A stretch of DNA of 64,000 nucleotides from IMG/VR virus record IMGVR_UViG_3300010157_000035, positions 1-64,000 of that record, one strand, 5' to 3'. Within the stretch, counting starts at the first letter, position 1, and the number at the start of each line of letters is the position of its first letter. Below, one piece after another: positions 46,742-55,839 of the stretch. Under the pieces are notes generated by a model. It saw only the letters and a program-made list of their open reading frames with translations, ran no database searches and had not been told where the DNA came from. The position numbers were made by a program, and so were the translations under genes. Origin of the DNA: an uncultured virus (IMG/VR IMGVR_UViG_3300010157_000035) (Duplodnaviria > Heunggongvirae > Uroviricota > Caudoviricetes).

Positions 46742-47463
46742 TATTTGCTTTGTGCTGGAATAATGTAAGTGTAAGTGGCCAATCCTGAGTCAACTGTGAT
46801 TTGTGCCGCACCATCATCACTGATACGCATAACTTTGTCACCAGTTAGGTCCAGAATACTGATAACTGTTTTGATGGGCCATGACCATGTGCGTTTGAGT
46901 GTGCCGCTGACACCAGGTTGGAATACAAAGTTGCCAGCGTGTGTGCTATGGTCGCCAAAGAAAAACTTTAGATCACCATTTTCTGTTTTGGCCTGGAAGT
47001 TAACTTCCTCAGCATTGGCCTGTGCCTGCATCTTAAGGCGTTGAATAGCGGACACTGTGGGTTCAAATTCGATGTGCCAGTTGACACCTTTGAATTTAAC
47101 AGTCTTGGCCTTTTCAGTTACAATCTCCGATGCCATAAAGCGATAGGTGTTCTTAAAATCTTTAGTGGCATTTTGAAAACTAATGCCATCGGGCTCGCCT
47201 GTGGCTTTCTTTGTAACACTGAGTTCAGCACCTTCTTTATATTCTGTAAGGTTCAAAAGAATATTAAGTTTTGCCAAGTTTGGCATACCAAACAGGCCAA
47301 TGAATTCTGGGACTGGGTTGGCATACTCGCCCTCTACCACTACACTACGATCCTCGGCAACACCAAATATGTCAGTTGTCTTATCATCGCCTGTGATCTT
47401 AACCAGGTCGATACAACCCAATTTCAATGTGTGTTCTACTAAGTCTAGTAAATGATCTTTCAT
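46741..47463 (-). CDS. probable DNA polymerase sliding clamp (gp45-like)
   Basis: 240 aa, beta-rich, C-terminal YTYIIP, near polB. Confidence 0.55.
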   Translation of the reverse strand: MKDHLLDLVEHTLKLGCIDLVKITGDDKTTDIFGVAEDRSVVVEGEYANPVPEFIGLFGMPNLAKLNILLNLTEYKEGAELSVTKKATGEPDGISFQNATKDFKNTYRFMASEIVTEKAKTVKFKGVNWHIEFEPTVSAIQRLKMQAQANAEEVNFQAKTENGDLKFFFGDHSTHAGNFVFQPGVSGTLKRTWSWPIKTVISILDLTGDKVMRISDDGAAQITVDSGLATYTYIIPAQSK

Positions 47464-47494
47464 ATATTTCTCCTTGTGTTTGATTATACTGGGT

Positions 47495-48472
47495 TTATTT
47501 AGATTTTGCAACGGGTTTAGGTAATATTTTTGCCAGGCTTTGACCACCACGCAATGAAGTAAACTCACCTGATTTTTGAAATTCTATCCACACACTAGGG
47601 CTACCAGTCTGGTGACAAAATATTTCTTCAAATCCTAAATAGTCAGCCCAGCCTCTAACCAACGAGCCTGGTGTGTAACCAGTAATACCTTGTTCAACTG
47701 CTTGCATGGCCTGGTGCCGATCACAATCATTAAAGGTCATGGCCAAAACACCGCCGGGCAACAACTTCTGATAAATTTCTTCAAGATATATTTTTACCAA
47801 CTCAAACGGACGATAATCTAAATAGTTGTAGACCAAACAAAAACCAATTTGTTGATCAGGCAATCGATTTAAAATTGGATGATTAAATGATTCTTTAATC
47901 ACATAAGGTCGCAGTCTATTTTTATATACTGGGTTAAATTGTTCCAATGTGGGCTCAAGCAAGTAATGACTTTCATCCACGAGATACAATGGATCGCTGG
48001 CTGTCATTTCGTGTATAAACGGTTCCAACATTGGATGTATAACCATTGACGGATGCTTCCAGTCGCATCGACTAGCAACTCGACTTTTTAATACTGATTC
48101 TGTATCTGCATCTCTTCTAATTGGTTTATTACGATGTAATCCTAGGTAGTCTTCGGTTTGTGCGTAGTCGGTTTCTAAATATCTTTCATATTCGGTATAA
48201 TTTCGATGTAACCACGCTTGCCCTTGTTCAGCAATTAACCGCGATACTTCAGATTTTAAGTCTATTAATTCTTCTTCAACACTGACAAATACTGATTGTA
48301 ATGCATGATTTTTTTCTTTAAGTCTTTGTTGAAATCCTGAATCAACTCCGGCCTGAGGCACATCAACCCGGTCAATAATCAACTCGAATCTATTACTAGA
48401 TTCATATTGAAGATCTTGCATGGTCAACTCTTCCAAATGATTATGTAAGCGTATTAATTCAGTTAGGTTCAT
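47495..48472 (-). CDS. methyltransferase-like protein
   Basis: IYQKLLPGGVL motif. Confidence 0.5.
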   Translation of the reverse strand: MNLTELIRLHNHLEELTMQDLQYESSNRFELIIDRVDVPQAGVDSGFQQRLKEKNHALQSVFVSVEEELIDLKSEVSRLIAEQGQAWLHRNYTEYERYLETDYAQTEDYLGLHRNKPIRRDADTESVLKSRVASRCDWKHPSMVIHPMLEPFIHEMTASDPLYLVDESHYLLEPTLEQFNPVYKNRLRPYVIKESFNHPILNRLPDQQIGFCLVYNYLDYRPFELVKIYLEEIYQKLLPGGVLAMTFNDCDRHQAMQAVEQGITGYTPGSLVRGWADYLGFEEIFCHQTGSPSVWIEFQKSGEFTSLRGGQSLAKILPKPVAKSK

Positions 48473-48473
48473 G

Positions 48474-51131
48474 TTACCACTCAAACAATGTTTGGAAAGT
48501 GTTTTCTGTATTAGTGGCACTAGCCAAGTCCCATTCTAATACACCTAACAAGTTGTCTAATTTTTGGTCCACCACTGTGGCTTCCATCTCGCTGTCGGCA
48601 AACGGAAGTTCTTTAAACCATTGTGGTAAATGTGTTTCGTCTGTAGGATAACCGATACTGGTCCATCCAAGTGGATTTTGTTTCAATTTACACACAATTG
48701 TTTTCATACCATCTACAATCTGCATTGAATACTTGTCGCCATTCATACGACGCAAATTGTTCCAGTTGAGTGCGGCTCGCACATGCCCTGGCATGTTGGC
48801 TTTGCCCAGTCGTTCTTCTTCTTTGCCATATTTGGTCAAGTTGTTTACACGTTTTGGGCTACCTTTCTCCCAACCTGGACGCTCTTTAAACACATATTTG
48901 AATTCACGAATCTTTTCAATAATGTCCTCGCGACTTGTACCAATCAGCACCTCATTGAGAATTTGACTTAAGAATTCTTGAATAACCTTAGGAGTATCAC
49001 TGCGTTTGAGATCAAGACCCATGGCTTTTACTTTGCCGGGGCTACCATGTGTATCTACACGTTTATTCTCTTTGTCGTAATACATGACAGCATAACGCTT
49101 CTTGGTAATGAACAAGCCCTTGCTTGCAACAATTTCTCGACCGCCCTTGATTACTGATCCCATTTCTCTGGGCACATGGAATGCCCGTTCCATAAAGCCC
49201 GGAAAGCTATCATTAACTTGGTCAGCAATACTGTTATACAGTTGCACAGCAATTTCTCGATTCCAAGTCATATTACCTGCTTCTATTTCTTTTTGCAATA
49301 CAGGATAGGCTGTAAAATAACACGAGTCTGTGTCACCATAAATGATTGCTTCACCTACGTGATCATATTTGCCAGTGATACACTCATTTACATGAGCATC
49401 CATGTGCCGGGCGATTGCACGACCAGTGAGAGTTGTGGATTGACCAATACGCTTGTCAAAGAACCTGCAACCAGGATTAAGAATAGCGCCATACAAACTG
49501 TTCAAGTTAATCTTCTTGACCAACTGACGTTTGTCCCAGTATTCTTCATCTTCTGCATTTTTACACTCTTTCAATTTGGCCTGCATCTCTTTACGTTCAG
49601 CATACCAACGTTTTAGTAACCCAGGAATAACTGCTTCCTTTTCGAAAGTAAAGATTGTGCCATTGGCAGTGATCATCCAAGGGCGATTGCTGTCAAAAAT
49701 TATCTTCCATACGTCAGCGGCACTATGAACTGACTCTTCACCATCTTTCCAGTCAATGGTAATTTCTGTTCCTGGCTCTGTAGCCATTACTGCTTCATAT
49801 TCCAAACTGCCAAACAAACCTTCCCATGCCGCGGCAAAACTACTGCCTCCTCTCATCTTATCACTGATATAACGATCCGTCATTACAGGTCTAAGTTGTC
49901 CTACAATAGTTTCTGGACCCATGTTAAGGGCTCTAATAGCACTGGGATATAGTGAGTTGATATCTATTGACCCTACATACTCATGGATACCTTTCTTAGG
50001 AAATGCAACATAAGCGCCAGCGGCTTGTGTGTCCTCATCGCTATACCGTTCCTTGCGATTGGGTACGACCATGCCACGCTCGTGGGCTTCGTTGATAATT
50101 GCCTGTTCAGTCACAGCCACGGCACCCATTGTGGTTTGCAGTAGCACAGTATTTTCGTGTGCTAGTGTGTTGGCTAGGTCTAAGAATTTTAATTTTTTAT
50201 CCAACTTAGCCAGAATCATCGTGTCCTGTCTGTTGTATTCAATAAACTTTTTAAAGTTTTGATTATACAATTGATCCAATGTGCCTTCGAATACTGTTTT
50301 GGTTTCTTGTAGTTCATACTCAGCAATGGCGTCAAGTGAATAACTGTGACGTTCTTCATAAGTGTATTTTCGATACAGTTGCATATAGTCCATATGCACA
50401 CGACCAATCAAATCGTAGGTCTCATTCTCGGCCCCAAAGCGTTCGAATATACGCTTCTTAGGATATTGATTCCATAAACAGAATCTACGTGTATCGTCTT
50501 TGCTGAGAATCCTAGTAACACGATTCACAGTATAAGGAATATCATAGCCCTCACTATTCCAACCGGATATTGCATCAGCATCTTCGATTAGGTCCAAGAA
50601 AGTTTTTAACATTTCTTCTTCCTTATCAAACACAACGCAATTTTCAAACTCCTGGGCAATCTCGTCAGCAGTCTCACGGCTCATGTGTTTGGGCGGAACT
50701 ACCAGAGTGACCATTTGCTCTAGCCATTGCAGATATACTGAAATAGCAGTGATAGCATTGAATGGGTCTGTTGTTGGTGAGAAACCACGTTCAGGGTCAA
50801 AGTCAACTTCAATGTCAAAGAACGCTACGTTTAATCGAGGACCGTCTTGTCCTTTATAGTTTTCTTCTAGGCAACGGAAAATTGGATTGATATCAGACTC
50901 GTATAATTTTTTGCCGGATTGAATACGAATTTCTTTGCGAAACTCTTTGTTGTTTCTAGTGCTGAATCTGCTGACTGGTGTACCAAAGATACTTTGAAAT
51001 TTACCACGAGGATCCTCGTAATAAAAAACATAGTTGGCTGGATATTCTTGATAGCGTCTTTGGCCATCTCGGCGTTCAACTACATGAATACGATCGTGTT
51101 CACGATCAAATAGTGCATCTATGTAACTCAT
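48474..51131 (-). CDS. family B DNA polymerase
   Basis: FDIEV exonuclease, DINSLYPS, KINLNSLYG, YGDTDS, KKRY. Confidence 0.97.
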   Translation of the reverse strand: MSYIDALFDREHDRIHVVERRDGQRRYQEYPANYVFYYEDPRGKFQSIFGTPVSRFSTRNNKEFRKEIRIQSGKKLYESDINPIFRCLEENYKGQDGPRLNVAFFDIEVDFDPERGFSPTTDPFNAITAISVYLQWLEQMVTLVVPPKHMSRETADEIAQEFENCVVFDKEEEMLKTFLDLIEDADAISGWNSEGYDIPYTVNRVTRILSKDDTRRFCLWNQYPKKRIFERFGAENETYDLIGRVHMDYMQLYRKYTYEERHSYSLDAIAEYELQETKTVFEGTLDQLYNQNFKKFIEYNRQDTMILAKLDKKLKFLDLANTLAHENTVLLQTTMGAVAVTEQAIINEAHERGMVVPNRKERYSDEDTQAAGAYVAFPKKGIHEYVGSIDINSLYPSAIRALNMGPETIVGQLRPVMTDRYISDKMRGGSSFAAAWEGLFGSLEYEAVMATEPGTEITIDWKDGEESVHSAADVWKIIFDSNRPWMITANGTIFTFEKEAVIPGLLKRWYAERKEMQAKLKECKNAEDEEYWDKRQLVKKINLNSLYGAILNPGCRFFDKRIGQSTTLTGRAIARHMDAHVNECITGKYDHVGEAIIYGDTDSCYFTAYPVLQKEIEAGNMTWNREIAVQLYNSIADQVNDSFPGFMERAFHVPREMGSVIKGGREIVASKGLFITKKRYAVMYYDKENKRVDTHGSPGKVKAMGLDLKRSDTPKVIQEFLSQILNEVLIGTSREDIIEKIREFKYVFKERPGWEKGSPKRVNNLTKYGKEEERLGKANMPGHVRAALNWNNLRRMNGDKYSMQIVDGMKTIVCKLKQNPLGWTSIGYPTDETHLPQWFKELPFADSEMEATVVDQKLDNLLGVLEWDLASATNTENTFQTLFEW

Positions 51132-53002
51132 TGTAGCTCATTATATAGTATATTTGTTGCTTTGTCTATGGAAGATTGAATTTTAATGTTCCAACTTTTA
51201 TCCCAATTACGCATTATTTGTTGATTATGGTCTGCTATATCTATCCAACTTTGAGGTATAGTGTAGTCTGTGTTTCTTAAACTTCTTTCTAACTGTTCTA
51301 AAATTAATGTTTGTCTTGTAATCCAATGTTCTTTGGTGTCATAACTATGGTCTAGTCCATCATTGATTATTCGAAAACCAAGACTTGTCAAGTATTGTAT
51401 TGTGCCCTTAGGGGCAAACAATAAAAATGGCCTTGGTAGTTGTAATGCCCTAAAAGTTTTTTCACTCAGTGCAATGACTCGATTATCATCGAAGTATGTT
51501 TCTATTACCAAAGAGACCATGCTTTTGGCAATAATATTTTCAATATTGCTGGTTTGCTCAAAATTACAATAAGGAACCAACGGCCTAATTTTTTCATATT
51601 GCCGCTGAAATATTGTATTATGTTCGTAATGCAACCGATCAAATATGGCCAATTTGTCGGCATAGGCGTGACTTGGTGTGAGTCGATAATCAATATTAAA
51701 ACTTACAAATCCCTTATCTAGCCCAATATCAGACAATTTGTAAAACCAACTTTGTCGATTTGCACAAATACGATTGATAAAACAGTTATATGCCCGTTCT
51801 GGACTTGGTAAATTTTCTAAATTAAACGGCATATAATGTATGCCGTAAAACTCAGGAGAAATATTTAATATTGTTTGATTGGCACTTGTGGGCACTGTAA
51901 TTTTGTTATCAGTCACCAACACTGTTTTGTTGGTATTTGATAAAAATTTATCCAGAACAACCGAATCAACTTGATCACCAAGAAAACCTATATAGTTTGT
52001 ATGTTTTACAGCTTTACGCACATGAGATTTAGATGCTTGCATCCTGTCTTTATAATCATAACTTGTTCCAGACATAATAGTGTTGTTCAACGCCGGGCGA
52101 TGTATACTTTGATAGTGTTTTAATATTTTTGAAATCAAAAACACTGGTGCTGGTGTTATTCCAAGTTGATTACAAAGATCTTGAAATTGTTCTATAAATT
52201 TGATTTCGTTGTCGTATAATGAAAGATCAAAAAAGAAATTGTCAACGTTAACATTTGATGGATGATTCTCGATCAACTGTTTACTGGTAAACAGTTTCCC
52301 AACTTCATCATTTATGATATATTTTTTTACAAAACTGTACCATGATCCTTGAAATGTTTTTTCATTATTGAATTTGACAGCTAATTTTGCTCGTTTGGGT
52401 GAGCAATAATCTTCATGTTCTTGTTTGATTACGTAAGAACGTTCGTCGAGTTTAGTAAATAATTTTTGAAGTCTTGCAACCCGAAACCATTTTTTGCTCT
52501 TGTTATTGTCTATTAGAATATTGACAATATTAGCTTGACCCCAGATCCACTGTGGCACCTGTGACTTATTTAAAATAAGAACTATTTGACCGTTGGTATT
52601 GAAATCATGTTGATATTTTGAATCATTTATCAATAATGTTTGTGCCTGTTCAAAAGTGATGTCATCACCACGAGGGAAACGATTACTTACAAAATCAGTT
52701 TGGTAAGGGACTTCCGGTTCAATTTTTTGCCAATCTTCAAAGTTTGTTGTAAATTTTGAACTTACGTAACTAAAAATTTTTTCATAATCTTTTTCTTGCT
52801 TGGCTAGAGTAAGATCCTCGTCCCAGGCATGAACCGAGTCACTGCATTGAAATAATGTTGAAAGAAATTTTCCTCCGCTACCGGGTGCAAATCTAACAAT
52901 CAAAAACTTCTTTTTTTGGTCTTGCAATATATATTCTCCGTTTATGGCCGGGTAGCCATGATTCATGTTCGTAACGTGAACGACTCGATTGTTTGAAAAC
53001 AA
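51128..53002 (-). CDS. two-domain protein: P-loop/sulfotransferase-like plus glycosyltransferase-like
   Basis: FAPGSGGKFL; SLVIET...LSEKT. Confidence 0.5.
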   Translation of the reverse strand: MFSNNRVVHVTNMNHGYPAINGEYILQDQKKKFLIVRFAPGSGGKFLSTLFQCSDSVHAWDEDLTLAKQEKDYEKIFSYVSSKFTTNFEDWQKIEPEVPYQTDFVSNRFPRGDDITFEQAQTLLINDSKYQHDFNTNGQIVLILNKSQVPQWIWGQANIVNILIDNNKSKKWFRVARLQKLFTKLDERSYVIKQEHEDYCSPKRAKLAVKFNNEKTFQGSWYSFVKKYIINDEVGKLFTSKQLIENHPSNVNVDNFFFDLSLYDNEIKFIEQFQDLCNQLGITPAPVFLISKILKHYQSIHRPALNNTIMSGTSYDYKDRMQASKSHVRKAVKHTNYIGFLGDQVDSVVLDKFLSNTNKTVLVTDNKITVPTSANQTILNISPEFYGIHYMPFNLENLPSPERAYNCFINRICANRQSWFYKLSDIGLDKGFVSFNIDYRLTPSHAYADKLAIFDRLHYEHNTIFQRQYEKIRPLVPYCNFEQTSNIENIIAKSMVSLVIETYFDDNRVIALSEKTFRALQLPRPFLLFAPKGTIQYLTSLGFRIINDGLDHSYDTKEHWITRQTLILEQLERSLRNTDYTIPQSWIDIADHNQQIMRNWDKSWNIKIQSSIDKATNILYNELQ

Positions 53003-53005
53003 TAT

Positions 53006-53269
53006 TTATAAGGTCTTGCCTACCGAAGTCAGAATTGTTTCTAACAATTCGTGATCCTGTTGTTCACGACCAAATTCGCTCTTGTGTGCCAAGCGGATGG
53101 CTTTTTTAAGCACGTTGGGTTTGATATCCATTTCTTCGGCAATGGCCTTGACTGTGTCATTGAGACCACCAGTTAGTGTTTCGATTTCCATCATGACCTG
53201 CATACCTTCATTGATCACTTGGGTAAGTTTGGCCTGTTCTGCACCGCTAAAAATTCTACTATTGGACAT
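53006..53269 (-). CDS. T4 DsbA-like dsDNA-binding protein
   Basis: helical 87 aa with IAEEMDIKPNVLKKAIRLAHK. Confidence 0.5.
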   Translation of the reverse strand: MSNSRIFSGAEQAKLTQVINEGMQVMMEIETLTGGLNDTVKAIAEEMDIKPNVLKKAIRLAHKSEFGREQQDHELLETILTSVGKTL

Positions 53270-53294
53270 TGGTTTCTCCTGTGTAAGTTTCACT

Positions 53295-53322
53295 ATTATA
53301 CACGATTATTTCATAAAGTCAA
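53295..53322 (-). promoter_or_regulatory. sigma70-type promoter
   Basis: TTGACT-16 nt-TATAAT. Confidence 0.65.
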
Positions 53323-53470
53323 TTGATCAACTCGAAGATTCGAGCAATTGACTCGTTATTTTTTTGTTGGCATTGATTACTTATTGCTAATAAATGGTCA
53401 CTTTTAGTTTCACGGTAGCGAATTGTTCGACTAGGCCAGCACCTGGCCCACCTCGCAACAAGTTACAGTA

Positions 53471-54529
53471 TTAGTTTGATTTGTTACGTTGTTCTAAATA
53501 CTTACTAATTCCGGCCGCCACTGATATTCGTCCTGGGTATTGAGCTCGTACTCGAATAATACTGTCAATTACGGAGTTAAATGTATCTTTGGATCTATCT
53601 AAGACATTATTGTTGTGCCACCAGGCAATATTCCAATGTCCCCAGTCTGTGAGCTTTTGATAAGTTATGTTGGCTTTGTATTGATTGGCAAAGTCAGCGA
53701 ATGATTCAATTTCGTGATAGTTATTTTTTTGTATACAAAATTGAAAGTCTACAGATTTTTTTAAATTATTCCTTACAAAATCTAATCCCAGCAACAGTTC
53801 ATCCCAATTGCCGCCTCTAACTTGAGCATAGGTTTCGGCAGTGCTAGCATCGATACTGACGGTAAAAATGTCAATTAAATGGTCAATGTTGCTGAGCAGT
53901 GTTTGATTGCGACTAATCAAGGTTCCATTGGTAGTAATAGTCAATTTGATATTGTTGTGGGGATAGTCTTGCAAAGACTTTAAAAAAGCCAATCCGCTGT
54001 GGCTTGCAAAAATTTCTCCGCTATTCATTGGAATAAGGCGTATAAACTTAGTAGGATTGCTGAGAGCCCATTGTTTTATATGCTCGTATAGTTCAATTTG
54101 TTTGTCAATGCGATCCGAGTGCTTTTCGATAATAACGTCTTCTCTGCAACTGGGACATTTTAGATTACAACTACGATCCATATCTATCTTGATCGTTTTT
54201 GGAAAATCTTGAACCAGTGGCACTATTGCCGGACGGTTGGGCAAAGTGGCCAAGTGAGAACAGGCCCAACTACAGTAGGTAAATTCTTCGTCGACCACTG
54301 ACTGTCTTACACGATCAGCAGCTTCATTTGTCCAAATGTCTTGTAAACTATTTTTGTAAATGTTGCCAATCGTGTAGGGCATAAATGCTTGGCAGTCACA
54401 CAATTGCACATCACCGTCTTGGTCGATTTGTAAAGTATCAAACGGTAAGCGACAAAATTTACCCTGATATTTGGGTTTTTTGATCGGACTGTATTTGTAA
54501 AATTTTAATTGATCAACATGCATATACAA
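53471..54529 (-). CDS. radical SAM protein with SPASM-like domain
   Basis: FCRLPF...CDC..IGNI; CNLKCPSC; TTNG. Confidence 0.85.
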   Translation of the reverse strand: MYMHVDQLKFYKYSPIKKPKYQGKFCRLPFDTLQIDQDGDVQLCDCQAFMPYTIGNIYKNSLQDIWTNEAADRVRQSVVDEEFTYCSWACSHLATLPNRPAIVPLVQDFPKTIKIDMDRSCNLKCPSCREDVIIEKHSDRIDKQIELYEHIKQWALSNPTKFIRLIPMNSGEIFASHSGLAFLKSLQDYPHNNIKLTITTNGTLISRNQTLLSNIDHLIDIFTVSIDASTAETYAQVRGGNWDELLLGLDFVRNNLKKSVDFQFCIQKNNYHEIESFADFANQYKANITYQKLTDWGHWNIAWWHNNNVLDRSKDTFNSVIDSIIRVRAQYPGRISVAAGISKYLEQRNKSN

Positions 54530-54570
54530 TTACTTATTGTGTCCTATACTACTAGAAATATTTGCTTATA

Positions 54571-55164
54571 CTATTTGATACCAATTTTCATATAATCTTC
54601 ATACGGACCATCTGAGTCTATCAGATCAAGTGTTGCCTGATATATAGTTTTAGAAATAGGCAATGCTGTATCAAATTGTTTAAAATCTTTGTATTGATTA
54701 ACCGCCCCGGGGTTATTGTTGCGAGCTTGAAGAACAACCATGGTTCCCTTAGGGATATTATCTAACCATGCTAGTCCTTCAATGTCATGGCAACTTAAAT
54801 TGATCACTAGACCATTGGGACCAAGTTGTTGATAATCTAATTTGTTGGCATCTTTGAGCATGGCTTGAGTTTTGCTATCTAAGCCCAGTTGCTTCAGTCG
54901 TTGTTGCCCAACTTTGAGTGAGGTAGGATTAGTATCAACGTTGACAATTTGATCAAACGCGATATACTTGTCAAGCATGAACAACAATAAGGCCACATTG
55001 CCGTACCAAGATCCCAAAATATAAATGGTATCAAAGCGGTTTTTAATTTGAGATAGTGTGGCAACTGCCCAAAATCTTTCAAGATTAAGACTACTGCTTT
55101 TGCTACCGGTCAAAGTATCCGGAGATAATTCAACAAGGGGCGTAAGGATTTCTTGGGCGATCAT
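54571..55164 (-). CDS. methyltransferase-like protein
   Basis: ILGSWYG, NVD, VINLSC. Confidence 0.55.
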   Translation of the reverse strand: MIAQEILTPLVELSPDTLTGSKSSSLNLERFWAVATLSQIKNRFDTIYILGSWYGNVALLLFMLDKYIAFDQIVNVDTNPTSLKVGQQRLKQLGLDSKTQAMLKDANKLDYQQLGPNGLVINLSCHDIEGLAWLDNIPKGTMVVLQARNNNPGAVNQYKDFKQFDTALPISKTIYQATLDLIDSDGPYEDYMKIGIK

Positions 55165-55203
55165 AGCCGTCGTCTTCGGGATATACAGGATATGGATAGT
55201 CCA

Positions 55204-55839
55204 TTACTTGCCATCCACGTGTAGTTGTGAGCCTTTGTTGAAGCTGGGGCTCCATGGACTGTTGGCCACACGTCCACCTTTGCTTTGACTCCAGGCATAG
55301 CCGGCTCTATGACCTGAACAGTCTTTGGTACATTGCGATCCTAAGAACGTGAGTTCGTTTAATTCATCTTTTAAAAACGTATCAGCAAATGCCTTGCATA
55401 GTTGTTGTATTTTGGGATTACGTGTGATTTCTATGTGATATTTTTTACGTATCCGTTCCTGGCTAGGGTCTTGATAGCCAGCATAGACTTTGTGGACACC
55501 AACTTCGTCAACAAGATCACTACAGTTAATGCCTGCACGTTCAGCCATGTCTTGAGTGCATGGGCTACAGGTTGTAATGATAATGCTGCCCGCAGGAATA
55601 GAACCAAAACGAGCATGATAGCTGTCAATAGCAGCACGTTCACCGTGAACTCGTCGTCCGTCTCTGGCAGGATAGTTGACACCCATTACACAACGGTTGT
55701 CGGGATCTAATACTGCGGCTGCAACCATGCCATATTGATCTGGAGCCTGTTGTTGACCCGCAACAACCATGTCACATAGACGCACTAGAATACGATCTAA
55801 TTTGTCATGGTTACTGATTTGAAAATCAGCAAGTATCAT
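55204..55839 (-). CDS. cytidine/deoxycytidylate deaminase-like protein with extra C-terminal module
   Basis: HGE...SPC...C zinc motif; C-terminal CTKDCSGH module after LNE. Confidence 0.7.
   Translation of the reverse strand: MILADFQISNHDKLDRILVRLCDMVVAGQQQAPDQYGMVAAAVLDPDNRCVMGVNYPARDGRRVHGERAAIDSYHARFGSIPAGSIIITTCSPCTQDMAERAGINCSDLVDEVGVHKVYAGYQDPSQERIRKKYHIEITRNPKIQQLCKAFADTFLKDELNELTFLGSQCTKDCSGHRAGYAWSQSKGGRVANSPWSPSFNKGSQLHVDGK

Noticed and set aside
48474..51131. Intein or intron in DNA polymerase B
   Set aside because: Contiguous 885-aa ORF of normal size with ordered motifs and no intein signature.
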